This document shows positions 25,425-39,819 of a DNA stretch of 64,000 bases, piece by piece (the first letter of the stretch is position 1; every line of letters begins with the position of its first letter). The notes under the pieces were generated by a model, which saw only the letters and a list, made by a program, of their open reading frames with translations, searched no databases and was not told the DNA's origin. A program made the translations under genes and the position numbers. Source of the stretch: the human T2T-CHM13v2.0 reference genome, Homo sapiens; the NCBI RefSeq assembly GCF_009914755.1, contig NC_060947.1; one strand, given 5' to 3'.

Positions 25425-27697
25425 GGAGGAGGAGGGGAGCAAGATGGAGAAATGGGACTCTCCAGTGATTGTCCTCCTGCAGAAACATCAATGTGAAAAA
25501 CTATCCTTGTATGAAAATACCATCACTTGAGAGAAGGAAACCAGGTGAGAGACCGCAGTACCCAGTTATAGCATGAAAATAAGAAAAGATGCATTGAAGA
25601 GGGTAGTAAAGACAGTTTTACATTACCCACATCACTCCTTCCCCGACTTTCAACAGCACAGCATGGAGAGAGATACCATCCACCCGGAGGACAGAGAGAG
25701 TAGCAAGCATAGGACATTGCCTGGGAACCCAATATCAGGCCTTCCACACTATATGCCACCACTTGACAAACGCCCATGGCCCATGGCCCCAGACTCTGAG
25801 ATGGTACTTGTGGACCGAGTCTCTAGACCCACCCTGGCAACAGACAGGAAGCCACAGCCACAGCAAAACAAACTCAATACCTGTCCCACATCTCTGCCGA
25901 GTGATTCCAGTGGCCTTATGCTCAGAATATTCTACAGCAACAGGGAGTCCTCTGTGAATGAGTGGAGCCTTGGATTCCAGTCTTGCAAGGCACCAGTCTC
26001 AACAGCTAAGGGAATGCATGCCATTGCAGCATCTGTCGCTGTGTCCCTGGGATTAGGAGGCCCCCTAGTGCTTCAATAGCTGTAGTGTTCATAAGCATAA
26101 GGACCAAAAGAGACCTATATAGAGTTTCCGGACAGGCTTACTGCTAAAGGATGTCCCCTAAAAGCTAGACTGCAAAGACTGAAATGGATACCTACTTCTT
26201 CAATACGCAGATATAAACACATTACCACAAAGATCAAGAACAATAAGGAAAACATGACATCACCAAACTGACAAAACAAGGTGCCAGTAATTGACCCTAG
26301 AGAGATAGGAATGTTTGAGTTGTTTAATAAATAATTCAAAATATCTATTTTCCACATGCTCTGTGAACCTTGAAAACAACTACAGAGAAATGATTAGAAT
26401 TTATCAGAGTAAATTGAAAGAAATATTGAAAGAATTTTAAAAAACCAAACAAATACAAAAGTCAAAAAATACAATGAAGGAAGTATACAATAGAGAACAT
26501 CCACAGGAAAATTGTCGAGCAAAATGAAGAATCTGTAAACTTGGAGACAGCTTCATTAAAAATATACAGTCACAGGAGACAAAATTAAAAGGAAGGATAT
26601 GGAATGAAAATAAAACTTACTGAATTTCTGGGACAATTATCAGCAGAGCAATAGTATGAGTCATTCATGTTCAAGAGGGAGGAGTGAAAAAGAGGTAGAA
26701 AGATTATTTAAAAATTAATAATGGGGATCCATCCAAACCCAGAGAAAGTTATAAACGTCTAGGTACTGGACGACCAAAGTTCTGCATTCAGATACAATCC
26801 AAATAAGATTACGCATGACATATTAAAATCAAACTCTCAAAGATGAAAAATAAAGAAAAAATCCTGAGAGCAGCAAGAGGAAAGAAGCAAATCACATATA
26901 ATGCAGTTCCAATATGCCTGCCAGAAGACTTCTCAGCAGAAGCATAACAGGCCAGGAGAGAGTGTGATGATACATTCAAGGAGATCAAGGAAAAAAATGA
27001 CTAACCAAGAATAATGTACCAAGAAGTGAAGGGCAGAAAAAGACTTTTACAGAGAAATCACAGCTGAGAAACTTCCTCACCACCACAACTGTCTTACAAG
27101 AAATCCTATGGAGAGTTCTTCCAACTGACATAAGGGACGCTAATGGGTAATGCAAAAATATCTAAAGGTATAAAACTCACTAGTAAAAGTAACCACACAC
27201 ATTCACAATACTCTATTAAGGTAACAGTGGTGTCCAGATCATGTATATCTTTCATGTAACAGTTAAAAAAGGAACTAGTAAAAATAAAATACGTACAATA
27301 ATTCATTAAGGGATATAAAATATAAAAAGTTGTAAAGTGTAAAATACAGAACTCAATCTGGGGGTGGAGTTAAATGGTAGAGTGTTTGTGTTTTGTGATC
27401 AAAGTTATATTATCAATAAATAAACTGTTGTGATTATGTTTTTGTACGCCTCATGCTAACCACAAAGAAAAAAATCATGTAATTGACACATTTTAAAATA
27501 TCAAGGAAACAAAACATATTAATAGAGAAAAATCTCTTATTCATCAAGAAAGACAGTAAAAGAGAAAGGAAGAAATTACCTATAAAATAAGTAGAAAAAA
27601 TTATCTAAATGACAACAGTAAATCCTTGCCTATCAATAATTAACTTGATAGAAATGGATGACATTCAACTAAAATACACAGAGTAGCTGAATGTATT

Positions 27698-27734
<37 letters not shown>

Positions 27735-30700
27735 CCAAACCTATGAGAGATCCACTTCTCCTTAATGGACATTCGTAAACTGAAAGTGAAGGCATGAAAA
27801 AAGATATTCTTCCATGTAAAGGGAAACCAAAAGAGAAGGGGAGCAGCTAAACTAATTTCAAATAAAATAGGCTTTAAATCACAAACGGTAAAAAGAACAA
27901 GAAGATCATTATATAACGATGAAGGGATCAATTCATCAAGAGGATATAATGATTTCCAAAAATATGCATCCAACATAGCAGCACCTAAATATATGAAGCA
28001 AATATTAAGGTCTAAATGGTGAGACAGATTGCAATGCAATAACTGTAGGGGACTTCAACACCCAACTTGCAACAATGAGTAGATTGTCCAGACAGAACAC
28101 TGACCCCACAAAAAGTGAGATTTATCTGCACTCTGGACCAAATGGACCTAACAGTCATTTACAGAACATTCCATCCAAATACTCCAAAACACATATTCTT
28201 TCCAACTGCATGTGGAACATTCTCGAGGATAGATTATGGGGCAGGCCATAAAACAGGTCTTAGCAAATTAAAGGAATTTGAAATAACATCAAATCAGTTC
28301 TCTAACCACAACGGTAAAGTATTAGAAATCAATAAAATTAGGAACTTTGGAAACTTTAGAAGTGGATGGAAATTAAACAACATGCTCTTAAATAACTAAT
28401 GGGTCAATGAGGAAATTAAAAGCGAAGTGTTAACATTTCTTGAGATAAAGGAAACTGCAGGCACAACATACAAAAACCCATGAAATACAGCAAAAGCAAT
28501 TCTAAAAGTGAAGTTTACATCAATAAAGCCTACCTCAAAAGAAAAGATACATCTTAAATAAACAACCCCACACCACACTTTGAGGAACTAGAAAAAAAAA
28601 GAAGAAAAAAATGCAATCCAAAAGTAGGAGGACAGAAATCATAAAGGGCAGAGCAGAAATAAATCAAATAGACATGAGAAGAACAATACAAATATTAATG
28701 AAACAATCAGTTGGTTTCTTGAAGAGGTAAACCAAATCAACAAAACCTTAGCTAGACTAAAGGAAAAAGGGGAGAAAATTCAAATAAATAAAAGCAAAGT
28801 TGAAAAAGGAGAAACCAAAACTGACATCACCAAAATAAAACGCATCATAAGAACTATTATGAACAATCATCTACCTACAACAGGACAAGCTAGAAGAAAT
28901 GGATACATTCCTGGACACATGCAACCTACCAAGATGTAATGATGAAGAAATGGAAATTCTGAACAGACCATTAACAAGTAAGGAAAGTGATTCAGTAATA
29001 AAAAATCTCCCATCGATGAAGAGTCTAAGACAGAATGGCTTCCCTTCGTAATACTACCAAAATTTATATATAAAGAAGAAGAATTAATAGTTATACTTTT
29101 AATGCTATTCCAAAAAAATGATAAGAAAGGAACGCTTCCAAATGCATTCTATCACACCCGCGTTACCCTGGTAGAAAACCCAGACTAGGAAACACAAAAA
29201 AGAAAAAAGCAAAGAAAACTACATGCCAAAATTCCTGATGAACACAGTTGCAAAAATCTTTAAGAAGGTGTTAGTAAACCAAATTCCACAGCACATTAAA
29301 AACACCATTCATCATGTTCCAGAGGTATTCATTCCTGGGATACAAAAAAGTTTCAACATACACAAATCAATAAATGTGCTATATCACATGAACAGAATGA
29401 AGCACAAAAGCCATAGGATCATTCCAATTTAAGCAGGAAAAGCATTTAACCGAATTCCATATCCCTTCGTGATAAAAACTCCACAACTTAGATATAGGAG
29501 GAGTGCACCTCAACACAATATAGGTCATATATGATAAACCCACAGGTAACATCATACTGAATGGGGAAATGTTGCAGTCTTTTTTCCTCTAAGACCTAAA
29601 ACAAGACAGAAATGCCCACTTTTGCCCTTTCTATCGCACATAGTTCTGGAAGTACTAGTCAGAGAAACTAGGCAAGAAGAAACAAAAGGCATCTAAATTC
29701 AAAAGGAAGAATTTAGATTGGCCCTGTTTGAAGACGGGAAGCTCTTACTTATAAATAACCCTGAAGACACCATGAAAAACCTACAAGGTCTAATAAACAA
29801 ATTCAGGAAAGTGGCAAGATACACAACCAACACACAGGAATCAGTAGCATTTCTATACACCAATAGGGAACTATCTGAAAAAGATATCAAGAAACAATCC
29901 CATTTAAAACACCTTCAAAAAATAAATAGGAATAAATTTAACGAAGGAGGTGAAGGATTGCAACGCCGAAAACTATAAACCATTAATGAAGCAAATTGAA
30001 GGAGGCAGGAACGAATTGAAGTGTATCATGTGTTCGTGGACAGGAAGAATAAATATTGTTAAAATGTCCGTAACCTAAAGCAATCTATAGATTCAATGCA
30101 ACTGCTATGAAAATACCAATGACATTCTTCTTGGAAATAAAAGAAACACTCCTAAAATGTGTATGGAACCGCAAAAGATTCCAGGTAGTCGAAGCAGTCT
30201 GGAATACAAAGAACAAAGCTGGAGGCATCACACTACTTGATGTCAAAGCATATGACAAAGCTATAGTAAGCATAACAGCATAGTACCAGTGGGTACATCC
30301 ACGAATGGAGCAGAATACAGAGCCCGGAATGAAATTCGTGCATTTACAGTCAACTGATATTCAACAAAAGGCCCGAAAACACACAATGTTGAGAAAGTAC
30401 ACTCTCTTCAATAAATGATGTTGAAAATAACTAGATATTCATCTGAGTAAAATGAGTTTCCACCCTTATCTCTCAGCATGTATATAAATCAACTCAAAAT
30501 GATTTAAAGCTTTAAAATGAAGACCCAAAGCTATGAAACTACTAGATAGAGATATAGGGGGAAAGCTCCATGACATTGTTTTGGGCAATGACATTTTAAA
30601 AATAGGACCTCAAAAGCAAAGGCAACAAAAGGAAAAACAGACAATAGGATTACTTTGAACTAAAAAGCTTCTGTACCGCAAAGGAAATGATCAAAGAGTG

Positions 30701-31578
30701 GCGAGACAATCTACAGGATAGCAGAAAACACTGACAATCTATACATCTAGTAAGGGGTCAGTTTCCAAAATGTATGAGTAACTCCAACAACTCATAGCAA
30801 GAAAACAAATAATCCTATTAAAGATGAGCAAAAGACCTGAATAGACATATTTCAAAAGGAGACATACAAATGGCCAACAGGCATATTAAAAAAATGCTCA
30901 CCTTTTCTAGTCATCAGGACAATGCAAATCAAAACCACAGAGATACTGCCTGACACATGTTAAAATGGCTAACATTAAAAAGAAAAGAGATAACAAGTAT
31001 TGGCAAGGATGTGGAGAAATTGGAAACTTTATGCACGGTTGGTGGGATGTAAGTTGTTACAGCCATTATGGAAAACAGTATGGAAGTTCTCCAAAATATT
31101 AACAATGGAACTATCACATGAATCCATGAATCACATGAATCCATGAACTACTGAGCATGTATCCAAAGAGAGTGTCATCAGTGTGTCAAAGAGATGTTAG
31201 CACTTCCATGTTTATTGCAGCCCTATTCACAACAGCCAAGAAACAAAAGCAATTTAAGTGTCCATCTACGGATGAGTGGATAAAGGAAATGTGGTATAAA
31301 TACACAATGGAATACTATTCAGCCATAAAACAGAATAAAATCTTGCCATTTGGGACAACATGGATGAACCTGAAGAATGATATGTAAGTGAACTAAGACA
31401 GTCACATAAACACAAATAACTGCATGGTCTCATTCACATGCATAATATAAAAAAAGTTTACCTCATAGCAGTGTAGAGTAGAATGGTGGTTGCCAGATGC
31501 TTGGGTTGTTAGGGTGGATGGAGGAATGAGGAGATGTTGGTGAAAGGACATATCATTACAGTTATATAGAAGGAACCT
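25425..31578 (+). mobile_element. Duplicate of the old intron-2 LINE-1 in copy B
   Basis: Colinear with 2188-8310; contains an expanded (AAC)n at ~27700-27735. Confidence 0.88.
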
Positions 31579-32700
31579 TTTTTAACTGTCCAGAATGGGC
31601 AAATATATATAAACAGAAAATGGATAAGTGATTTCCTAGGGCTGGATGTTGCAGGGGGAGGGGACAGTTGGGGGATCAGGGAGAAATGGGAAAAGACTAT
31701 GAATGGTTATGGAGCTTCCTTTTTGAGTGATGAAAATGTTCTAAAGTTGTTTGTGGTGATTGTTGCCTAACACTGTGAACAAACTAGAAACCACTGGATT
31801 GTACCCTGTAGATGGGGGAATTGCATGGTGAATCACGTGACCTATATCTCAATAAGGCTGTAAAAGAATGAAAGATATAAAGCAAAGAAAAAAGATGGTA
31901 TCGGAGGAAATGCCACAAGGACGTCATATACAAACTTTCCTATTACAAATCTAATGTTCCTACCATAGAGATAGCCATAAATATCCCTATTGTATAATAA
32001 GTCCAAGAAAGGAAACTTGCTGTAATCTCATTAAGATCCTTAATAATTCCAAACGAATGATGAGACTGCTTTTCCCTTCTCATATTTGCAAAGATTTCAG
32101 ATTGATAATATTGTTGTCCTTGCCTATATGGGCAGATGGGCAGTCTTACTGCCTATTGCTGAGAGAATCAATTAGTACAGTAGACCTAAAGAATAATTTC
32201 ATAATAGCCACTGAATGGGTAAATATCTGGACTCAGGTGATATTCTCAGGACTCTGTAAATCTGCCAAATGTTACTGAATTGTACCCTTAAGAGAGTTCT
32301 GTGGTTTGTGAACTATACCTCCATGAAGCTCTTTTTAAAATGTTTACAAGGCACATGGTTTCACATAGCAATTCCACTGCTATGAATGCACACTACAGAA
32401 AATGGTTTTTTACCTGATAAGGGAAGTTGAAGGATTGTATAGAGTTCAATAATTATTATTGTTACCCATGTTGTTTAAAGATTAGAATAATAGATGAGTA
32501 ATTTTTATGTTTTAAAGCAGATATCACTACAAATATTAGAACACAAGAACCTACAGCTTCAGAGGGGTGGGGCTTCAAATTGCAGTCTACATCCACTCTA
32601 CGGATCACAGTAGAGATGTTGCATTAATACAAGAATAGAAAGATGGAGAAAGAAAACCCATTGAGATAAGACACAATTCCCAGACTCATGCACATCTCAC

Positions 32701-32885
32701 CTTGATTGCTCTCAATCCATAAAGTATTTTATCTTCTTCCACAACCACATTAACTTTTTGTCCAACTTTTAGAGGCACGTTGCCAGTCACAACATCACTA
32801 CTGAAGTAGATCGACTCATCAATCACGCCATAATCACCACAGAAACTTGTGACAACTCCCTGCACAGTTGTCAACTGGGTGTCAC
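32701..32885 (-). pseudogene. Copy B exon 2 (open; GDTQ...GDYGVIDES...[13 protein letters not shown])
   Basis: 185 nt; same splice sites as copy A; ORF track 32686-32904. Confidence 0.9.
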
Positions 32886-33089
32886 CTACAAGATAAAGAA
32901 ACAAAAGTCACATTATTAGCCTCAAATGCAAACATCTACTACAAATATGTCTTACACTCACCATCTGCATAAACTTGGGCAGAGAAGTTTTTTAACGTCT
33001 CTGACTTTGTTTTCTTCTGTCAATCCACAACAATCAAATTTTCACCTAATAGGGTTGTTGCAGTTTTCTTTTTTTTAATTTAAAAATTT

Positions 33090-33390
<301 letters not shown>

Positions 33391-34162
33391 TTGTATTAAC
33401 TGACACATGCACATCAACTGTCGAGAGCTGTGGAGTGTCTTGCACAAGAGAGTGTAAATGTTACTTGTTATCACCATATCTACATGTGAGAGTCTTTTAG
33501 CTTCTGCTCCTACTATATCACTCCACCATTATCACCAACATAATGACTAGTACCTTGTATAGATACTTAACCATCTCAGCAGACAAAGCACTAAAAGATA
33601 TCTGGAGATTGATGGCCAGCCCAAAACGGCATCCAAAAGGTCTCCTTCTCCTTTTCATTTTATCTCTCTCTCTCTCTCTTTTTAATTCTACACAAGCCTA
33701 GCTGACCAGCAATATTTATGGATCTGACCTCAGCAGTTGGCCCGCACAACGGGTTCTCTGCTCTCCTACAGGACCGGATATGTATGAGGCATCCACTTGG
33801 CTTCAAATTAAATTTCTGCTTGGGATACAAGCCTAAATTCACTCGCAATTAGGGAGTTTCTTGCCTACTGGAAATATAAATAGGCATGTGCTGCACATCC
33901 ATGTTGGGGAAAACCACAGGCGGTACAGCCCCCAAGGTGGTCTCTGTCAACACCATCCCGCTTTAGATGGACAGGAGAGTTTGGGAGTTGGTTCTCAGGG
34001 ACTTGTTGGGGACGCAGGACGCCTACCCATGCACGCACAGAAGATGGAGCCGCCGTCACGTGCTGTACCCGCCAGAGCCACCAGATCCTCATACCGGGGG
34101 TGAGGAGAGCCCCTATTAGGAGGCTTCTGGGGTGGGGGCCAAGGGAACACACAGAGGAATAC

Positions 34163-34482
34163 CTTCTGGGAGCCCCTGCTGCTGTGGGCCCTGCTCCTGT
34201 GGGCCCTGCTCCTGTGGGCCCTGCTCCTGTGGGTCCTGCTGCTGTGGGCCCTGCTGCTGTGGGCCCTGCTCCTTGTGGGTCCTGCTGCTGTGGGTCCTGC
34301 TGCTGTGGGTCCTGCTGCTGTGGGTCCTGCTCCTGTGGGTCCTGCTGCTGTGGGCCCTGCTCCTGTGGGTCCTGCTGCTGTGGGCCCTGCTGCTGTGGGC
34401 CCTGCTGCTGTGGGCGCTGCTGCTCTGTGGGGTGGGCTGTACTATGGAAGAAGGCCAAAGCACGTCTCAGAAGCCTGAGCAT
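34163..34482 (-). pseudogene. Copy B exon 1 (MLRLLRRALAFFHSTAHPTEQQRPQQQ... with expanded repeat)
   Basis: ATG at 34482-34480; AAG|GTATT donor after 34163; 320 nt = 94 + 15x15 + 1. Confidence 0.88.
34175..34415. repeat. 15-bp coding minisatellite, 16 units of cctgct(g/c)ctgtggg(c/t); unit 7 has an extra T (34273/34274)
   Basis: Units counted directly; copy A has one full unit at ~10888-10902. Confidence 0.93.
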
Positions 34483-34820
34483 TGCCTCTGTTGTCACCAC
34501 CGGCCTGGACACCGCTTGTGACAGATGAAGCACGAGGCCTCCTCAGTAAGGGAAGCCCTCAGGTCACGGCGTCTCCTCAGGGACTCGCCTCCTGCTTCTC
34601 CTCAGCCTCCGCGGGACGGGACCCAGCCGTTAGTGAGCCCCCCTCAGGAAAGCCAGGGACACCGCAGGCACCCAAGGAGCTGGCAGGTGTCCCTCTGGCT
34701 CCTCCCTCTGGGCATGCGCTTGTCAGGGCCTGCCTCTACCACTGTCCAGCCAATGGGCATGCAGTGAGTGAGCGGGCAGGTTCCTGTCGCCACTAAGAGG
34801 TGGTGGGCAGGAACATCGTG
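34483..34820 (-). promoter_or_regulatory. 5' UTR/promoter region of copy B
   Basis: Colinear with 10970-11300; CCAAT kept (34750-34754); GC box changed to GAGCGG (34770-34775). Confidence 0.45.
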
Positions 34821-36042
34821 GCTTCTCCCATCAAGGCTGAGGGCGCCATTAGGATGGCATGGGGAAAATGGCTTGGGGGCTTGGGTTCTGCGTACTCGGG
34901 TGACACGGGGCACTTCTGTGAGGTTCCCTGGCAGGATGGGTGCCTGAAACACCAGCTGTGCAACCAAAAATCCTGCTCTTGCCCTTGTATTCATGGTGCT
35001 TAGCATAAGGACTTACTAGGCAGTGGGTGGTTAATAGTTACTGCTCAGCAGGGATCAGTTTTGTGGAGAGAGGGCATCATGTGGGTATGCAATGTTTTAG
35101 TGATGTCAAGTACGTGTCTTTTGTACTAGGACTCCCGTTTTGAGTCCAGTGATAATTTATAGTCGAATCCTTTTATAATAATTGCTACCATGTACTCATC
35201 GCTTACCTAGTTATACCTACATTATTCTGCTATACACATTACCCTTATTCATTCATTCAGCAAAAATTTATAGAGCACTAACTGTGAGCCAGACACTGTT
35301 ATGTGTTCTTAAAATTTGTTAGTGAATGAAAGAGTCAAGAATCTTGGCCCTGTGAGGGTAGTATTTTCACAGGATGACAAAAGGGCGACACCAAACATCA
35401 CATAATAAAATATATGATACGTTGGAAGGCAACAAATGCCGTGGAAAAATATAGCAAGACAAGAGGGATCCACAGTGCTGGGCATGGTGGGTTGGATTGC
35501 ACTTTACAGTAGCATGGTCAGAGTAGCCCTCATTGGAAAGCAATAGCTGAGAAAGATGTTGGAGTTAGCCTGGCAGCTATTTTGGAGAGAGTCATTCAGA
35601 TGGAGGGCTTAGTTTGTGCAAAGGCCGTACAGCAAGACTGTGCCTGATGTGTTCAAGGAAACGCCAAGTGGTTGGAGCAGAGGCAGTGAGAGCTAGAAGA
35701 GTAGGAATTATGGACAGACAGGTAATAGATGTTCAGGCTGCGTGTGGCCTTGTGGGGCACTGGAATATCTCTGGCTTTTATTGTCCATGATGTGTAAAGT
35801 CCCTGAAGGGTTTGGAGCCTTCCAGGGATCACTCCAGGTGCTTGGCTGTGAACAGGATGGAAGAAGTCAGGGCATGAAACAAGAAGAACAGTTTGGATGA
35901 TTCTGATGCAATACATGGGCACTGTGGGTGAAACCCTGTCTTTCCTATCCTGCAGTGAGCACAGGCAAAATCTTTGCCAAAGATGATCATCTGGATGAAG
36001 GGATCAGTTGAAGGTTATCTATGGCTCAAAATATAACACAGC

Positions 36043-36503
36043 TGTGTTAATTTACTAAGGAGGCCACAACACATTACTACAACTGGGTGGCTTAAAATGA
36101 CAGAAATTTATTCTCTGGCAGTTCTGCAGGCTACGTGTCTGAAATCCAGGTGTCAGTGAGGCTGGTACCTTCTGGCGAGCTCTGAGGGAGAATCTATTCC
36201 AAGATTCCGTAGGTTGCCAGCAGTCATTGGTCGGCTTTCCTTGGGTTGTAGATGCATCAGTCTTACCTCTTCCTCCTTCATCCCATGGTGCTCCTCTCTG
36301 TGTGTCTATGTGACCAATATCCCTCTTCATATAAGGACACCACTCACTGGATTAGGGGTGTATGATTAACCCTAATGCTGTAGGACCACATCTTAACTTG
36401 ATTTTTTTTTTCAAAGACCTTATTTCCAAATAAGGTCACATTCACAGGTACTGGTACTCAGACCTAGAGCATATCTCTTTCGGGGCAAAATTCAACCCAC
36501 AAC
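36043..36503 (-). mobile_element. MLT1-type LTR (duplicate of 12531-12998)
   Basis: Colinear with the unit-1 copy. Confidence 0.72.
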
Positions 36504-39402
36504 AACTGCTCTTGTACATTTTGATTACTCCAATATTCTATGATTGTCAATAAAAAATTAAGACACACAGATAGGCAGACATTTCCTCTTATTTCCTGGG
36601 AAAAGAAAGTCTGTGAGACAGGAGCTCCTCTGTGAACCTCCTGGCACCCATCCTGGCTTCCTCTTCCTTCTCTCTTGTAACAATGGAAGGATATCTCAGC
36701 CCCTACCCAGGGCTGACCCTCCACTGAGCACATGGAACCATTCTCTTGACACATTTTCTCTGAGGATGTTGCTTCTATTGCTATTGCCTCTCTTCCTCCT
36801 GTGTCAACAATCATTTTTTATCTTTGGCTCTAATGGAGTAACATGCAAACATACCCAAGAATCACCCATCTTAAAAACTTCACAGACAAATAACTCCCAT
36901 CTTAAAAATGTACATAGATAAATAAGCTTCCTTGGCCTCATTTCCCCTTCAGTCCCATTCTTCTGCATCCTGCCGCCCACAGCAAATGCTATTTCAAGAA
37001 TCACCTCTGCTCACTTCCGGAGCTCCCATTCCCTCTTTATTCCTCTGGCATCAGGCTTTAACCCACATCATGTCCCTAATTTGCTCTTAAGATGACAGGA
37101 AACTTCCAGGTCACCGAATCCAGTGGTCAATATACTAGGCTCGCATCACTCAACCTCTTAGTGTTTGACCCAGTTGTAGACTCCCCATTTCTTGAAATAA
37201 GTTCTTTGGTCTTCTGTGTGACAACCCTCTCCCAGAAAGGCTCCTTCTCAGCCTCTTTTGTGAGCTCTTCCCTCTATCACGATCCCACAGGAGTGCTCCA
37301 GGGCCCAGGCCCTGAATGGCTTCTCTATCCACACGTCAGCCCCATGGCATCTAAATGCAGGTAACTCCCAATCCCATATATATACTGAGTCACACATATA
37401 TTTGTCCTGTAGACATCTCAAGGGTAAGGTGTCCAAAATTTCACATGTCCGGAACTTCTCCCAACCCCTGAACCTCCCTTAATCTGCTCCATCTCAGATG
37501 ATGTCAGCTCAGTTCACACAGTGGGTAACATCATATCCCTGCCATAACCCTTAGTTTTCTCCATTTTCTTTACACACTCCATGCCATCCATCAGCAAAAA
37601 CTATCAATCCCTTGAAAACATACCTGTAGTCTCAGCACCTAAAACAAATGATTGAAACAACATCACTGGGTGAAATTTTTTAGTTTCCATCATGGCAGAG
37701 AAGAAAGCAGAAAGAACCAAAGAGACAGCAGCCACTCAGATACTTAAAAATATGCCCAAAACCCTTCCATGTGTCCCTGCTGGCAGAAATAGAGCTAATA
37801 AAGGATGCCGCAGTGAGAGATTGCTGCTAAGGAATAGCCTTAGAAAGAGCTAAGAAATCGCCTTCTCTGCAAACAGAAGCTTCAGGTAGGAATCTATCTT
37901 CTCTGGCAGACAACCTACAGGTAGATTCCAGCACCAGGAAGACAGGTCCCTGCTGAGAGAATACTGCAGAACAAAGAAGGGGCTCTTCTATACCAACCTG
38001 CTGGAAACACTGTGAATGATCTTTGTGGTAGGAGGTGCCTCCAGAGGCCCGGAACACATCAGATAAGAAATGGCTGCTGGACCTGAATGCCAGGGGATGA
38101 ATTCCACTGGGCCACAGAGCAGCTGTGCGCCCCCTCTTTCCTGTTTGTGTCCCTGACTTGGCTGTTGAATGGACACGACGCTACTGGGACTTCTTTCATA
38201 GGATTCTTTGTGAGCATTAAATGACGTGTGTGTCCCAAGGCCCTTTGCCCAGTGCTTGGCATATACAAGGGCTGGACACAAAGTAGATTAACAGCAATTC
38301 TGAACAGGGATGCCATGCACCCCATTAAATCTTCTCATGTTTTAACTGTCTCCCATGAACAAAATGCACACCTTCACAAGTATCCATGAAGCAATCATTC
38401 AGTGCCAGATTCCAGCAAAGATATAAACATGTGATTCGCCTTCTTGGCTTCTAATGACCTGCATGTTTCACCCTCAAATCAGGGAGACTGACTCCGACTG
38501 AAAATATTGAAAACAATCAGTCCGTGGTCACTGCCATCAAAAACCTCCTATCACAAACACCTGCTTACTTTTCTTTCTGTCACTAACTGCTATACAGAAA
38601 TTCTTACTTATTCATATGCTTATCAGAGTATTTATTGTCTGTCTCTTCCCACTTATATGTCAGCTTCATGACTGAAGAGCTTTTGTACGTTGTTGCTTTT
38701 TTCATCTTCTGGGCCTTCAGCATCTAGAACAGTGCTGGGCACATGGTAGGTTCTCAATAAATACCACAGCAATTAATTGAATCAGAAAAGGGTAACATCC
38801 CGAACCATTCCAGGCAACCTGAGAAAGGATCTGGTTTTAAGGCAATTCACACCAAATCTGAATACTTTGCTTTCCTACGTGCATCTATCTAAACAGGATT
38901 TGGCCTCATTCAGGATAATGTTACAGTTGGCTGTAAACATAAGAGCTGTAGTTCAGAAGACATTAGATCCCGGCTCAACTCAGCTGTTTCCTGGCTTTGC
39001 AACCTGTCCCCAGGAGTCTGACCACAGGAGCAACTTATAACAAAAATCGTCCAATAAATTGGGTTCTCTTGCATATCAGTGACTCAGCCTCACTTATGTA
39101 CATGAATTGCACCATGGAGTAAAATGTTACTCCTTCCATTAGAAAAGCTACGCTGGAAATAAGAGTTGGACTAGTGATTAGACAAACATTTCTATAAGAA
39201 TAGAGCGACAAGGCTTTAGATGACATGTACCAATAAGTATGTTATTCATTATGAGTTAATAGATGGAGAAAATTTCCATCCTTGGGAAGTTTGGGATCCT
39301 CATGGGATAGGAGTTTTCCCAATCCATATCTTTGTTTTTCAAAACTCAATAAGTGTATAGATTGCTTCTATTTGTCACAGAATGTCAATGTCAGCTCTCT
39401 GT

Positions 39403-39745
39403 TGTCTTAGCTTGGTCTGCTATAACACAATACCACGGACATTTATATCGCACAGTTTTGGAGGCTAAAAGGTCCAAGAATAAGGTGCTGACTGATTCGG
39501 TTCCTGGGGAGGGCCCTCTTTCTGGCTTGAAGATGGTCACCTTCTGGCTATTTCCTTCCATGGAGGAGTGGGAGCAAATGCTGGCTTCTCTTCCTCTACT
39601 TCTAAGGATACAAATCCCATTATGGGACTCTAGTCTCATGACCCCATCTAAGCCTAATAGCCTCCCAAAGGCCCCACCTCCCTATATGATTACATTGGGA
39701 ATTACAAAGAAATTTTAGGGGAACACAGATTTTCAGTCCCCCAGC
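39403..39745 (-). mobile_element. MST/MLT1A-type LTR (duplicate of 15918-16265)
   Basis: Colinear with the unit-1 copy. Confidence 0.68.
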
Positions 39746-39819
39746 CACTGTGAGGGATGTTCTTTATGCTGTCAGAATAACTTGTACCTTTTGTTTCCTT
39801 TTCTTTCTTTCTTTCTTTT

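Noticed and set aside
34175-34415. CRISPR-like array
   Set aside because: Contiguous tandem units with no unique spacers, no cas genes, and eukaryotic DNA
34100-34528. Plus-strand Cys-rich (CCCGP/CCCGS) ORFs resembling keratin-associated proteins, plus GPAAV and LLLWV repeat ORFs
   Set aside because: They are antisense readings of the stop-free 15-bp minisatellite; the minus-strand frame is homologous to CT55 exon 1
33865-34533. 222-aa single-exon protein from copy B exon 1
   Set aside because: It runs through the frameshift and past an intact donor into intron 1; the track's start is a non-ATG codon upstream of the real ATG at 34482
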